Positions 1-11,020 of a stretch of DNA of 64,000 nucleotides are shown here, in pieces. This DNA is from Ranitomeya imitator. Lineage: Eukaryota. The stretch's first letter is position 1, and every line of letters begins with the position of its first letter. The notes beneath the pieces were generated by a model, which was not told where the DNA came from, ran no database searches, and saw only the letters and a program-made list of their open reading frames with translations. The stretch spans positions 554,404,001 through 554,468,000 of the forward strand of contig NC_091282.1 of NCBI RefSeq assembly GCF_032444005.1, given 5' to 3'. The translations under genes were made by a program, and so were the position numbers.

Positions 1-548
1 ATGTTATTAGTAACTATCAGGTCACTTTGTGTGCTCTTAACCACCAGGTCCATTGTGTTCTGAATCACCAGTTCATAACACATGTCCATGATTTTTCATG
101 CAAGTCAACGAGTCAGTGAAAAAGTCGGACCTCACTGTTAGGGCTCATAATCACTTGCAAGAAACTTGAATGATTCTCGCACGTCAATTCCCGACACTGT
201 ACCCGGCACTCAGGAGCGGAGCATGCGGCTGCATGTATTCCTATGCGGCTGCACGCTCCGATCTGAGTGCCGGCAGCAGCGCCGGTTATTAGGCTGCCAT
301 CACACTATCAGTATTTGGATCCAAGAAGTATTGTTTCTCCTTGCGGAGAGTGACATGATAAGCATGTCGAGGTGAGGAGACTTAAAGCCGCAATGCTCCT
401 CTGGGAAATATGCAAATTGTCTCTTCAGAGAGGAAGAGGACTAAAACCCTAGTGCCACCTATTGGAAGTAGCAATCCTAACAGTCAATGTCAACCCTTTA
501 ATGAGACTTGTCACATGACTTAGGATAATAGCCAAACCAGAATCTCAA

Positions 549-593
549 TTTGCAGACACTGTGTTTCGGGGTACTGCCCCTCGTCAGTGCAAA
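549..593 (-). ncRNA. Type I hammerhead ribozyme
   Basis: Minus strand reads UUUGCA-CUGACGA-GGGG(CAGUA)CCCC-GAA-ACA(CAG)UGU-C/UGCAAA. All core nucleotides are present, stems I-III pair, and the cleavage triplet is GUC (cut between 555 and 554). Stem I is extended by a perfect 12-bp helix (530-541 with 601-612). Confidence 0.9.
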
Positions 594-891
594 GTGGAGA
601 TCTGGTTTGGCTGATTGAGAGGCGTCTGACCGGGATCCAAGAAGTATCGTTTCTCCTTGTGGAGAGTGACATGATAAGCATGTCGAGGTAAGGATTGCTA
701 CTTCCAATAGGTGGCACTAGAGTTTTAGTCCTCTTCGTCTCTGAAGAGACAATTTGCATATTTCCCAGAAGAGCATTGTGGCTTTAAGTCTCCTCACCTC
801 GACATGCTTATCATGTCACTCTCCGCAAGGAGAAACGATACTTCTTGGATCCCGGTCAGACGCCTCTCAATCAACCAAACCAGATCTCCAC

Positions 892-929
892 TTTGCACTG
901 ACAAGTACCCGAAACACAGTGTCTGCAAA
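892..929 (+). pseudogene. Degenerate hammerhead ribozyme copy (stem II deleted)
   Basis: tttgca-ctgacaagtaccc-gaaacacagtgtc-tgcaaa: stems I and III are retained, but the GA-GGGG arm of the core/stem II is missing. Confidence 0.8.
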
Positions 930-3629
930 TTGAGATTCTGGTTTGGCTATTATCCTAAGTCATGTGACAAGGCTCATTAAAGGGTCGACATTGACTGTTA
1001 GGATTGCTACTTCCAATAGGTAGCACTAGAGTTTTAGTCCTCTTCCTCTCTGAAGAGACAATTTGCATATCAGTATTTGGTCAGTATTTTACAACAGTAT
1101 TTGTAAGCCAAAACCAGGAGTGGAACAATTAGAGGAAAAGTATAATAGAAACATATGCACCACTTCTGCATTTATCACCCACTCCTGGTTTTGGCTTACA
1201 AATACTGATGTAAAATACTGACCAAATACTGCTAGTGTGACGGCAGCCTTAACATGCGAGACTCATCCGAGTTTCTCACATGTGAGTATGAGCCCATAGG
1301 ACTAGCTTCCACTTGCAATGAAATGAGATGAATTCAATTTGAAAAAAAAAATCAGATTGCATTCGGACTAATGTTTTTCAATGGTTTAATGCTCATCTAC
1401 AATTTCTTTATCAGCTTGGATTGGATTGCAATCAGACTTATAAAAAATTGCAGCATGCTGCAAGTGGATGCGAATCTCTGATGACAAGCATCAATAGAAG
1501 TTAATGGGTGCGAGAAAAAAATTGCAAGGCACTCGGACCATGCATATGTAATTTTTCCATGCATATACTTGAAAAGTTGACATTTCATCAGCCATGTACA
1601 GTAAAATCACAGCATGACAAGTCATAATAGAAGAGATAGAGTAGATATAAACATTGACTAGACAGATAGATAGAAAGATAGATAGAAAGATGTCAGTCAC
1701 ATATATAAGCAGTCCAGTACATGTGCAGCTTACTGTGCATGTATTTAGTTAATAAATACATTTCTGAAAAAAATTGCGTGGGAGCCCCCAAAATTTTAGA
1801 GGGAAAGCTGGGGGCTGGTGTCTATAGCCTGGGAAGGGAGTAATACACATGGAGCTCCCCAAACTATTAATATCAGCTCACAGCTGTATACTTAGCTTTT
1901 ACTGGTTACTAAAATGGGGGACCCCAAAAAGAAAATGACGTAGGGTCTTTTTATAATTAATAACTAGCAAAGGCAAAACAGACAGCTGCGGGCAGATATT
2001 AATAGCTAAGGAAGGGGCTATGGATGTTGCCCCTCCAGACAGGCAGCTCCAGCACACGGCCTCAATACAGACAAGCACACAGAGCAAAACATTTTTTCAA
2101 TATGGCCATCTGAACCTGGCCTCGGTCTGTGCAAAATGGGCAGCATCTGAACAATAACTTCAAACATGCCCAGCCAAAGATGCATAAAAAGAGTGCTAGA
2201 TTAGAAAAAATTAATCAAACCAAAGAAAAGAGAAACCAATACAATAACAATGAGTGCATGTACGTATGTATATAAAGTATATTTATTTGAAATCACAAAT
2301 CAATACGTGTGTGAGTGTATGTACAATGCACTCTAATATAAGCCTTCAAGTCCAGACTCTGCTACATAAATGTGTGCAAAGGTGAAAATAATATACAGTG
2401 AATATATTAGATACTGTATACTATAGTCACGGCGAGGTCAAAAGTATGGTTTAATTGAGATTATTAAAGTAGTCTGTGTCATTTTTTCAATTACCCCCGG
2501 CAGCCATTTTCCCGGAGTCCACCGCACAGTAAACCATGTACCGAAAGTGCGGGGCTCTGAGCTTTCACAAAATGTCGGCAGAGCCCCCCGCACCACCGAA
2601 CAACCGCTGCTGCGCACATCGTAACACCCCCTCATCCCGGCCTGCAGCAACGCTCCACTCTTGCCTCCTCCAGCAGTGACCCTGGGACCCCGCTTTACTG
2701 CAGCCACCACCCCCGGTAAGCAATAAGACACATGGATTAGAAGAAGCACCACCATTTTATTAAAAAATAGTTTTTTTTCCTATTTTGCTCCTCAAATCAA
2801 ATTTTGGGGTGCTTCTTATAATCAGCAAAATACGGTATGTGTGTGTCACTGACATCTATACATCTATGTATTCTATGTGTATATATCTATTCTATCTACT
2901 CTATTCTAACCTGTCAGTGTGATATTACTGTATGCGGCACAAGAATTGCTGGCTTTTCAAAGTATCTAGAGGTATGGTTCTACAGCAAGTAGTTTTTTTC
3001 TCTGGAGGCATTCAACTTTATTAGCATGCACAAAGAGACACAAGTTAGCCCCAAATGCACATGAAAAAAACGCAAATAAAAATGCACTAAGGGTAAAATC
3101 ACACAGGGCGTTTTTGCTGTGTTTTTTTAATGCTAATTTTCCGCTGCTATTTACAGTACCAGCAAAGCCTACGAGATTTCAGAAATCTCATGCACACACA
3201 TTGTTTTTTTGGGTGATCAGTATTTTGTGCTTTGCAGCATTTTTTGGACATAGATCATGTCACTTCTTTCAGCGTTTTCAACCCATTGACTTGAATGGAT
3301 GGTGAAAAAGCACAGCAAATACGCAGGTTGACTTTTCTTGCAGCGTATTTGCTGCAGAAAAGTCAAGGACAGCCGGATGGGACGTAGGCTCTGCTACATC
3401 TAGACGGCAGGCTGAATGATGAGTCAATGCAGCAGTCATCCAACATTACAGTGTTTGATACCCTGTCATATGCATGACAGCGCGGCAAACACAGCTTCTG
3501 ATCGGCAGGGAAATCATCCCCGCCGGTCAGAGAGCCGCGGTTCCCATGCTGTCAGAAGACAGTAGGGAGGGTCAGCTGTGATCGGAGGTATAAACTTTAC
3601 CTCTGGTCAATGGTGTCAGCTAATAGGAC

Positions 3630-5982
3630 TGGAGCGCCCGCCAGGGCCTAGGGGTACTCGGTACTGGGTCCGGACGTTATTAACCCCTTTCTGACCTCGG
3701 ACGGGATAGTACATCCGATGTCAGATCCCCCTCTTTGATGCAGGGCTCCGACGGTGAGCCCGCATCAAAGCCGGGACATGTCAGCTGTTTTGAACAGCTG
3801 ACATGTGCCCGCAATAGCGGTGGGTGAAATCGCAATTCACCCGCCGCTATTAGCTAGTTAAATGCCACAGTCAAACGCTGACAGCAGCATTTAACCGGCG
3901 CTTCCGGCCATCCGTCCGGATATGAGCGCATCGCTGACCCCCGTCACATGATCGGGGGTCAGCGATGCATCAGGATAGTAACCATAGAGGTCCTTGAGAC
4001 TGATGACGGCCTGCTGTGAGCGCCACCCTGTGGTCAGCGCTCATAGCACACCTGCAATTCAGCTGCATAGTAGCGATCTGATGATCGCTGCTATGTTTCA
4101 GAGGCGATCGTGCTATGCCTGCTTCTAGCCTCCTATGGAGGCTATTGAAGCATGGCAAAAGTAAAAAATTTTAAATCACCCCTCTTTCGCCCCATTCAAA
4201 ATAAATCAATAAAAAAAATCAAACCTACACATATTTGGTATCGCCGCGTTCAGAATCGCCCGATCTATCAATAAAAAAAAGTATTAACCTGATCGCTAAA
4301 TGGTGTAGCGATAAAAAAATTCGAAATGCCAGAATTGCGGGCAGTTTTTTTGGTCGCCGCGACATTGCATTAAAATGCAATAACGGGCGATCAAAAGAAC
4401 GTATCTGCACCAAAATGGTATCATTAAAAATGCCAGCTCGACATGCAAAAAATAAGCCCTCACCTGACCTCAGATCACGAAAAATGGAGACGCTACGGGT
4501 ATCTGAAAATGGCACAATTTTTTTTTTTTTTAAGCAAAGTTTGGAATTTTTTTCACCACTTAGGAAAAAAATAACCTAGACATGTTAGGTGTCTATGAAC
4601 TCGTAATGACCTGGAGAATCATAATGGCAGGTCAGTTTTAGCATTTAGTGAACCTAGTAAAAAAGCCAAACAAAAAACAAGAGTGGGATTGCACTTTTTT
4701 TGCAATTTCACCGCACTTGGAATTTTCTTTCCCGTTTTCTAGTACACGACATGCTAAAACCAATGATGTCGTTCAAAAGTACAACTTGTTTCACAAAAAA
4801 TAAGCCCTCACATGGCCATATTGATGGAAAAATAAAAAAAGTTATGGCTCTGGGAAGGAGGGGAGCGAAAAACGAACATGGAAAAACGGAAAATCCCAAG
4901 GTCATGAAGGGGTTAAAGGGGTGGTCACGGTGGCAGTGACCCGGTCCGTAGCCCTGGGCCTCCAAATTAAAGGAAAGGTCTTTAAAGGGGTGATTGGAGT
5001 AAGAATGTTCGTGACGCCACCTGTGTTCGGTCAGGGATGACTGACGCTGCTTAAAGGGGTCCACTGGGGTGATGTTATGGCAGCTTGGATGGTATGGCTT
5101 CCAACAGGTGAAGCTGGGTCCCCAGGGCTCCTGGTGTAGTAGATAAAGATGGTGTAGTAAGAAACAGAGGTTGCAGTCTCTTTACCTTTTTACTGTAGAG
5201 TTCAGGCAGCCACAGTCCAGGGTACCAGATCACAGGTACTGGTATGGTCCAGCCATCTTGGAAGGGACTTAGGAATCCCCCTTACCTGGTGGGGTTGGAA
5301 GCCTTCCCTTCTGTGCTATAATGTAGTCCCTTAATGCCTTAGGCCTCACACAAGGTCCTCACGTTCTCTCTGTCCCCCTTGCTGGTAGGACACTACCCGC
5401 ATGGCAGGTAACTCAAGCCTTTTTGCAGGGTCTCTCAGGATGACTCCAGGCTCTATCTGTCACTGTGCCTTCGGGTGTTAATGGTGGACAGGCAACCTGC
5501 AATCTCCTGTCTGCCAGATTAGAGTTACCCCCCACAACCTTGGTCTTCCGGCTACCCGAAATCTGCGCTTTAGTGTGGAGGAAGCTCAGTCACAGCATAC
5601 CTCCAGCTCTTTACTCTCCGGCGTTTCTCTTCCCCTCTCAGTTACCTGCAGACTGCTCTATTCTTGTTCCTTCCAGGAGCTGCAGCACCTCATGTGGCTG
5701 CATGGTCCCAGCTTTCCTCTCTCTTCACTCTCCTGACAGACTGCACTACTTCCCTGTCTCTGACAGACTGACTAACTTCTCCTCCAGACCAGAATATATC
5801 TATATTTAGGGAAGCTCCTCTGAAACCGGGTTCAGAGCTCTCCCTTCTGGTCTGGAGTCAGAACAGTGTTGCATGTGCTGAATTCCTGTTCAAGGGATCC
5901 TTCCTCGCCTTTCAAGCATGGAATCACTCTCCCCGTGAGGAAAGCAATGCCACTGTAACAACCGGTTACCTGGGGTGTTACA
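3630..5982. mobile_element. Solo LTR (Gypsy-like), ~1.12 kb after removing a nested MITE
   Basis: TG...CA termini, a 4-bp TSD GGAC (3626-3629, 5983-5986), and no coding sequence. Confidence 0.65.
3684..4912. mobile_element. Non-autonomous piggyBac-like element
   Basis: TTAA TSDs (3680-3683, 4913-4916) and CCCCTT...AAGGGG termini. A close relative lies in the opposite orientation at 32148-33421. Confidence 0.75.
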
Positions 5983-8900
5983 GGACTACTGCTGCCATCA
6001 TCTGACACCTACAGCTGCTAATTACAGGGACAGCAGGATGGGAGTTTTCATCTGCCGCTCCTGCGCTATAAATAAATAAAAAAAAACGGCATGGGTTCCC
6101 CCCCATTTTTGACAACCAGCCTTGCTAAAGCTCACAACTGGGGTCTGGTATTCTCAGGCTGGTAAGAGGCCATTGATATAGGCCCCCAGCCTAAAAATAG
6201 CAGCCTGCAGCTACCCAGAAAAGGCGCATCTATTAGATGCGTCAATTCTGGCGCTTTGCCCGCCTCTTCCCACTAGTAATTATAGGGTTAAGTAAACACA
6301 CACATGCAGAAAAAATCTTTTAATGAAATAAAACAATACACTTAGTTTTACCATTTTATTATTCTGCCATTCCAAGCGAAGCCCTCAATCTTCTGAAATA
6401 AAAATAAAATAAAAAAACAAAAGTATACTCCCTGATCCTTCGCAGTCCAATATAACAAGTGTCCCTCGCAGAATCTGGGGGAGATAAAGCTTACAACCAG
6501 GAGCGATGTTAATGCTACAACCAGGAGCGATGTTAATGCGACTGGGGAATGAATGAGACACAGCGGGATCAGGCTCAGTAACTAGCGGTGACGTCACTCA
6601 GCTTGCGCTCCCTTACAAAATGACCTGAAGTTACCTGTGGACCGTGGGAAAATGCCAGGGAAGAGGTTACCGCAGGTAAATTATCTATCCATTCCATCAA
6701 TCTTTCTATTCATTCTATCTATTCTATCAATCTATCTAGTCTATCTATTCATTCATTCTATCTACAGGAAGTTGTTTTTTTCTGTGTGTGCACTCAACTT
6801 TATTGGCATGCACAAAGAGAAAAAAAATGCATGAAAAACACGCACCAAAAACGCACCTAAACTTGCGCAGCAAAAACGCCCTGTGTAAACTTACCCTAAA
6901 ACATGCGTTTTTGCCGCAGCTTCTTTCCTGCCAAGAAATCAGGTTTTGCTGCAGAAAAAAATGCAGCAAAATCGCCCAGTGTGAACTTACTCTTAAGGCT
7001 ATGTGCACACATTGCGGATTTCCTCTTGTAAAAATCTGCGCAGATTCTTCTTCTCTTGGCAGAAAACGCAGTTGAAAATCCGCACGTTTTTTATTTGGAT
7101 TTGATGTGGATTTTCATGCGGATTTGCAAGCTAAATAAAGATATGTTATTTGTAAAAAAATAAATAAATAAAAAGAATTGTGATGTCATTTCCTAGTGCC
7201 AATATAGGTGAATATAATATAACATAATATATATATATATACCGTCATTAATTAAATGGTAAATAGACACACACACTCACACTGCGTGAAAATGCAATAT
7301 CTGTTTAATTTTCTAAAACTTTATAAGGGTATGTTCCTACGGTCACTAAATGCTGTGGGAAGGACGCTGTGTACATTCGCAGCGTCCAGCCCACAGCAGC
7401 CAGATGTTACAGTGATGAATATACGGCTCCACCCCTATGGGAGGTGGAGCTGCATATTCATCACTGTAATGTGCGGCACCACGTGACCGCTCATACAGGA
7501 AGAGCTGCGACGCTGAGAGGATGGAAGCATCGAGGGAGCCGGGTAAGTATTTTAATGCCAGCGGGCGGGCGCACAGGGGGTGGGAGGGGGGAGATTACCG
7601 TGAATTTTATTTTAACAACAAAAAAAATTTATAGAAAAAAGATTTTTCATTCCTTCTCTCCAGCGAACGCTGCTGGAGAGAAGAAATGAATGGGGCTTCA
7701 GCACTACGAGCTGAGGGGACAGCGCTTACAGTAGCGCTGTCTCCTGCACGACACATGGACAGCATCCGTGTGCGGTACGTGTTTTACAGGGACCCATTGA
7801 CTTTAATGTGTCCGTGTGATCCGTGCGTTCCCACAAACACTGACATGTCTCCGTGTTTTCCAAGTGGACACACGGTCCGTGAAAACACGCTGACATGTGC
7901 AGAGACACATTGATTTTAATGTGTCTATGTGAGTCAGTGTCTCCGGTACGTGAGGAAACTGTCACCTCACGTACGGGAGCCACTGACGTGTGAAACCGGC
8001 CTTACGGCGGCGTAGTGATACACTGCGGGAGGATCAACTCCTGTCAGTGTATCACCAGGAGTCGGGTAGAGAAGTCACATCTCTCGATGTGACTGTTCTA
8101 CATGCGAGATAGCCATGGGACACTCAATATTAAATGGACTACGGCAGAAAGGTAAGTATATGGTGGTTTATTATTTTATTTTTATTGCAGGATATCGAGG
8201 GTGTTGGGGAATTAGGTGTTTGGTATGAATGTGTTTTTTAATTGAACACAGTCAATGGATGATGGGTCTACTACAGTACTGTCCCATCATCGGCTCATGC
8301 TGTCACTGTTATATGTGACACCAGAGATAGCCGGATGGGAGTAGTAGTCCCATCAGACGATGCCTGGCTACACACACCCGCTAGCTAGCGTTTTCCAAGC
8401 GATCTGTAGCATCGCTTGGAAAACTGATTGACGGGTTGGTCACACTTGTCAAACATAGTCTTTGACAAGTGTGACTAACTTTTTACTATTGATGCTGCCT
8501 ATGCAGCATCAATAGTAAAAAGATATAATGTTAAAAATAATAAAAAAATAATAAATCGTGATATTCTCACCTTCCGGCGTCCCCGACAGCCTTTCCCGCT
8601 CCTCGCGACGCTCCGGTCCCAGTACTGCATTGCGGCAATGACCCCAGATGACGCAGCGGTCTCGCAAGACCACACGTCATCACAGGTCATTTTCGCAAAG
8701 CATCCTTGGGAACGGGAGCATCGCGAGGAGCGGGAAAGCTGAGCGGGTCACCGGAAGGTGAGAATATCACTATTTTTTATTTTAATTCTATTTTTTAACA
8801 AATATATGGTTCCCAGGGCCTGCAGGAGAGTCTCCTCTCCTCCACCCTGGATACCAACCGCACATGATCCGCTTACTTCCCACATGGTGGGCATAACCAC

Positions 8901-9652
8901 ATGCGGAAAGTAAGGTGATCAATGCATTCCTATGTGTGTGGAATCGCCGCGATTCCGCACTTTAATGAGCATGCTGCGTTTTTTTCCAGAATGCGATTCC
9001 GCCGTGGAAAAAACGCAGCATGGGCATAAAAAATGTGGAATGCATTATAAAATAGGATGCTTACTGTATGCGTTTTTTTTTCACAGTTTTATAGCGAAAA
9101 ACGCAAAAAAGCGAAAATTCCTAAATGTGTGCACACAGCCTAAGGAAAAACAACTGTTTGAGAAAACAAAAATGGCTTCTGCAGGTCACTGCTAGCAAAT
9201 GGAAATAATAAGTACAGCCTGAGGGAACCTTGAGGCTACATTCCCACGGTGAGATGATGAGCAGATTTGCTGCACTTATTAGGTGTGTTTTATTTATTGC
9301 ATTTTTAGTCCATTTTTTTTTCATCTTTTTAGTCTGTCATGTTTTAAATGAAGCTACTTTTTGTGCTATTTCCTGGTATTTGGCTGTGACAAAACTTCAT
9401 GGGGATTACATGCCTTTTTAGTGTATTTCTACAGCGGAGACACACTAAAAGGTAGAGTTTTTTTACCTGCAGGTTTTCCTGCATTTAATGAAAGTCTATG
9501 GGGAAAATCTGCACAGAAAACTCAGCGTACCACAAGAGAAATCATCATGTTGTGGATTTGAAACAGGAACGGCAGGTCATATTACGCCGAGTAAAAAGAT
9601 CATATTGGCATGAGATCTCTATAAATCCCATCCACTTTGCTGGAACTGTAAA

Positions 9653-10124
9653 GGCTATGTTCACACGTTGCCTTTTTGCAGCTTTTTTATCCAAATTTTA
9701 AGCTGTATTTAAGTGGCTTACAAAAAGCAGGTTTTGCTTAGTTTTGTGCTTTTTTTTCCTGCGTTTTTTTTCAGGGTACATTTGTCTCGTGTGCATGCTG
9801 ATAAAGCTTACTGCATAAAAAATAATCTGATTCTATCTACTTCATCAGGTTCTGGCAACAAAATCTGATACCTGCATTTTTGTTTAGCGTTTTTGCACTG
9901 CTCATTGCTTTCAATGGGTGAAAAACGCTGCAAAATGCTGAAAGAAGCGACATGCTGCATTTGACAAAAAAACAAGAGATTTGATGAAGCAGTCAGGAAA
10001 ACATAGCAAGCTGTGTGCATGAGATTTCTGGAATCTCATAGACTTTGCTGGAACTGTGTGTGCAGCTGAAAATGTGCATAAAAAAAGCTTAAAAACTCTT
10101 CAAAAACGCCTAGTGTGAACATAG
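9653..10124. mobile_element. PIF/Harbinger-type MITE
   Basis: Inverted termini gctatgttcacac / gtgtgaacatagc with A/T trinucleotide flanks; ends approximate. Confidence 0.6.
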
Positions 10125-10542
10125 CTTAACACGCTGCGTTTTTATAATAAGCAGCGTCAAAAACTCATTGTGGGAGCACTGTCTAAAGCCTGCAGGTTTT
10201 TACTACTCTAGTTTATGAACTGAGGAACCTGAGGAAGGGGACCAGATAGATAGGGCCCGCTGGCTACACAAAGCACAATGTGGGCACAGCCTGGACTGCA
10301 CTATCCTGCAGGGACTGGCCCCTTCTGCAGTATGGCAGCTGTATATGAGGGAAGTGAACGCTCCTCCACTGCTTTTTCTGTCAGAACTAACAAGTCATTT
10401 CGAATACACACGCGCGCAGCTGAAGAGAAAAAAAGGCGGGCTTTCAGGCCCGGGGCTCCCTCATACGTCAGACTACGTTACACATCAATCACTCATGAGC
10501 AATCATGTTAGCCTGTGTTTCCTTCGGTTGCTTAGTGACTCC

Positions 10543-10553
10543 GGGGGCGTGGC
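10543..10553 (+). promoter_or_regulatory. GC box (SP/KLF site) in the KLF2 promoter
   Basis: GGGGGCGTGGC matches the SP/KLF consensus and lies ~75 bp upstream of the MEF2 site. Confidence 0.5.
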
Positions 10554-10611
10554 TAACGCTTTAAAGGGCTCCCTGAGCTGCAGCGCTGGTCGCAGACTCA
10601 TCTGAACTGAA

Positions 10612-10641
10612 CGGTTTATATAGTGCTGCTAAATTTAGGCT
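10612..10641 (+). promoter_or_regulatory. Conserved KLF2 flow-responsive promoter element with MEF2 site (CTAAATTTAG, 10629-10638)
   Basis: ggTTTATATAgtgctgCTAAATTTAGgct mirrors the mammalian KLF2 element as I recall it (TTATATA...GCTAAATTTAGGCT). It lies ~100 bp upstream of the TATA-like box. Confidence 0.85.
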
Positions 10642-10720
10642 CCACTGAAAGCTCAGCCTCCTCATCCTGAACAAGCTTCCTCCGCTCCCTGCAATTGGTT
10701 TGGTGCATGCCCCCCGTGCC

Positions 10721-10732
10721 TTTATTTATAAT
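10721..10732 (+). promoter_or_regulatory. TATA-like box of KLF2
   Basis: tttatttataat lies ~160 bp upstream of the ATG and downstream of the MEF2 element. Confidence 0.55.
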
Positions 10733-10890
10733 CTAGGCCCCCTCTCACTGCAAGGAAAGTTTAGGTTTCGCTACGGCACGGACGGACCTCTCTTCTGAGG
10801 GGTGAAACACTGTAACTTAGTTCAACTTTTACTGAATTATTTTTTTGACGCCGGTGCTGACAATCTGACCCGGATTTAAGGAACACAGAG

Positions 10891-10962
10891 ATGGCTCTAG
10901 TGGAGACCATCCTCCCTTCTTTCTCCACTTTTGCAAACCCCAGAGAGAAGTGCTTCCAGGAA
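10891..10962 (+). CDS. KLF2: Kruppel-like factor 2, coding exon 1
   Basis: MALVETILPSFSTFANPREKCFQE resembles the KLF2 N-terminus (MALSEPILPSFSTFASP). Followed by donor GTAAGT at 10963, phase 0. Confidence 0.93.
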
Positions 10963-11020
10963 GTAAGTATCGGGCGAGTAGACACGTGTGGGCAGGTGAA
11001 GACAGGTGCGGGGCTCCTCA

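Larger units (their letters stand above)
319..1067. mobile_element. Penelope-like/retrozyme-like ~316-bp unit: ~1.2 forward copies joined to ~1.2 inverted, circularly permuted copies
   Basis: ggatccaagaagta recurs at 317 and 633 (period 316). From ~690 the sequence is the reverse complement of the same unit. Flanked by a 13-bp direct repeat TATCAGTATTTGG (306-318, 1068-1080). Contains a hammerhead motif. Confidence 0.75.
297..1248. mobile_element. PIF/Harbinger-type MITE, interrupted by the hammerhead-bearing insertion
   Basis: Left end ggctgccatcacact and right end agtgtgacggcagcc are inverted termini with TTA flanks. Internal inverted cagtattt/aagccaaaacc motifs. Left coordinate approximate (within about 10 bp). 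Confidence 0.6.
3091..6896. mobile_element. PIF/Harbinger-type MITE carrying nested insertions
   Basis: TIRs gggtaaaatcacacagggcgtttt / aaaacgccctgtgtaaacttaccc, with TAA on both sides (3088-3090, 6897-6899). Confidence 0.7.
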
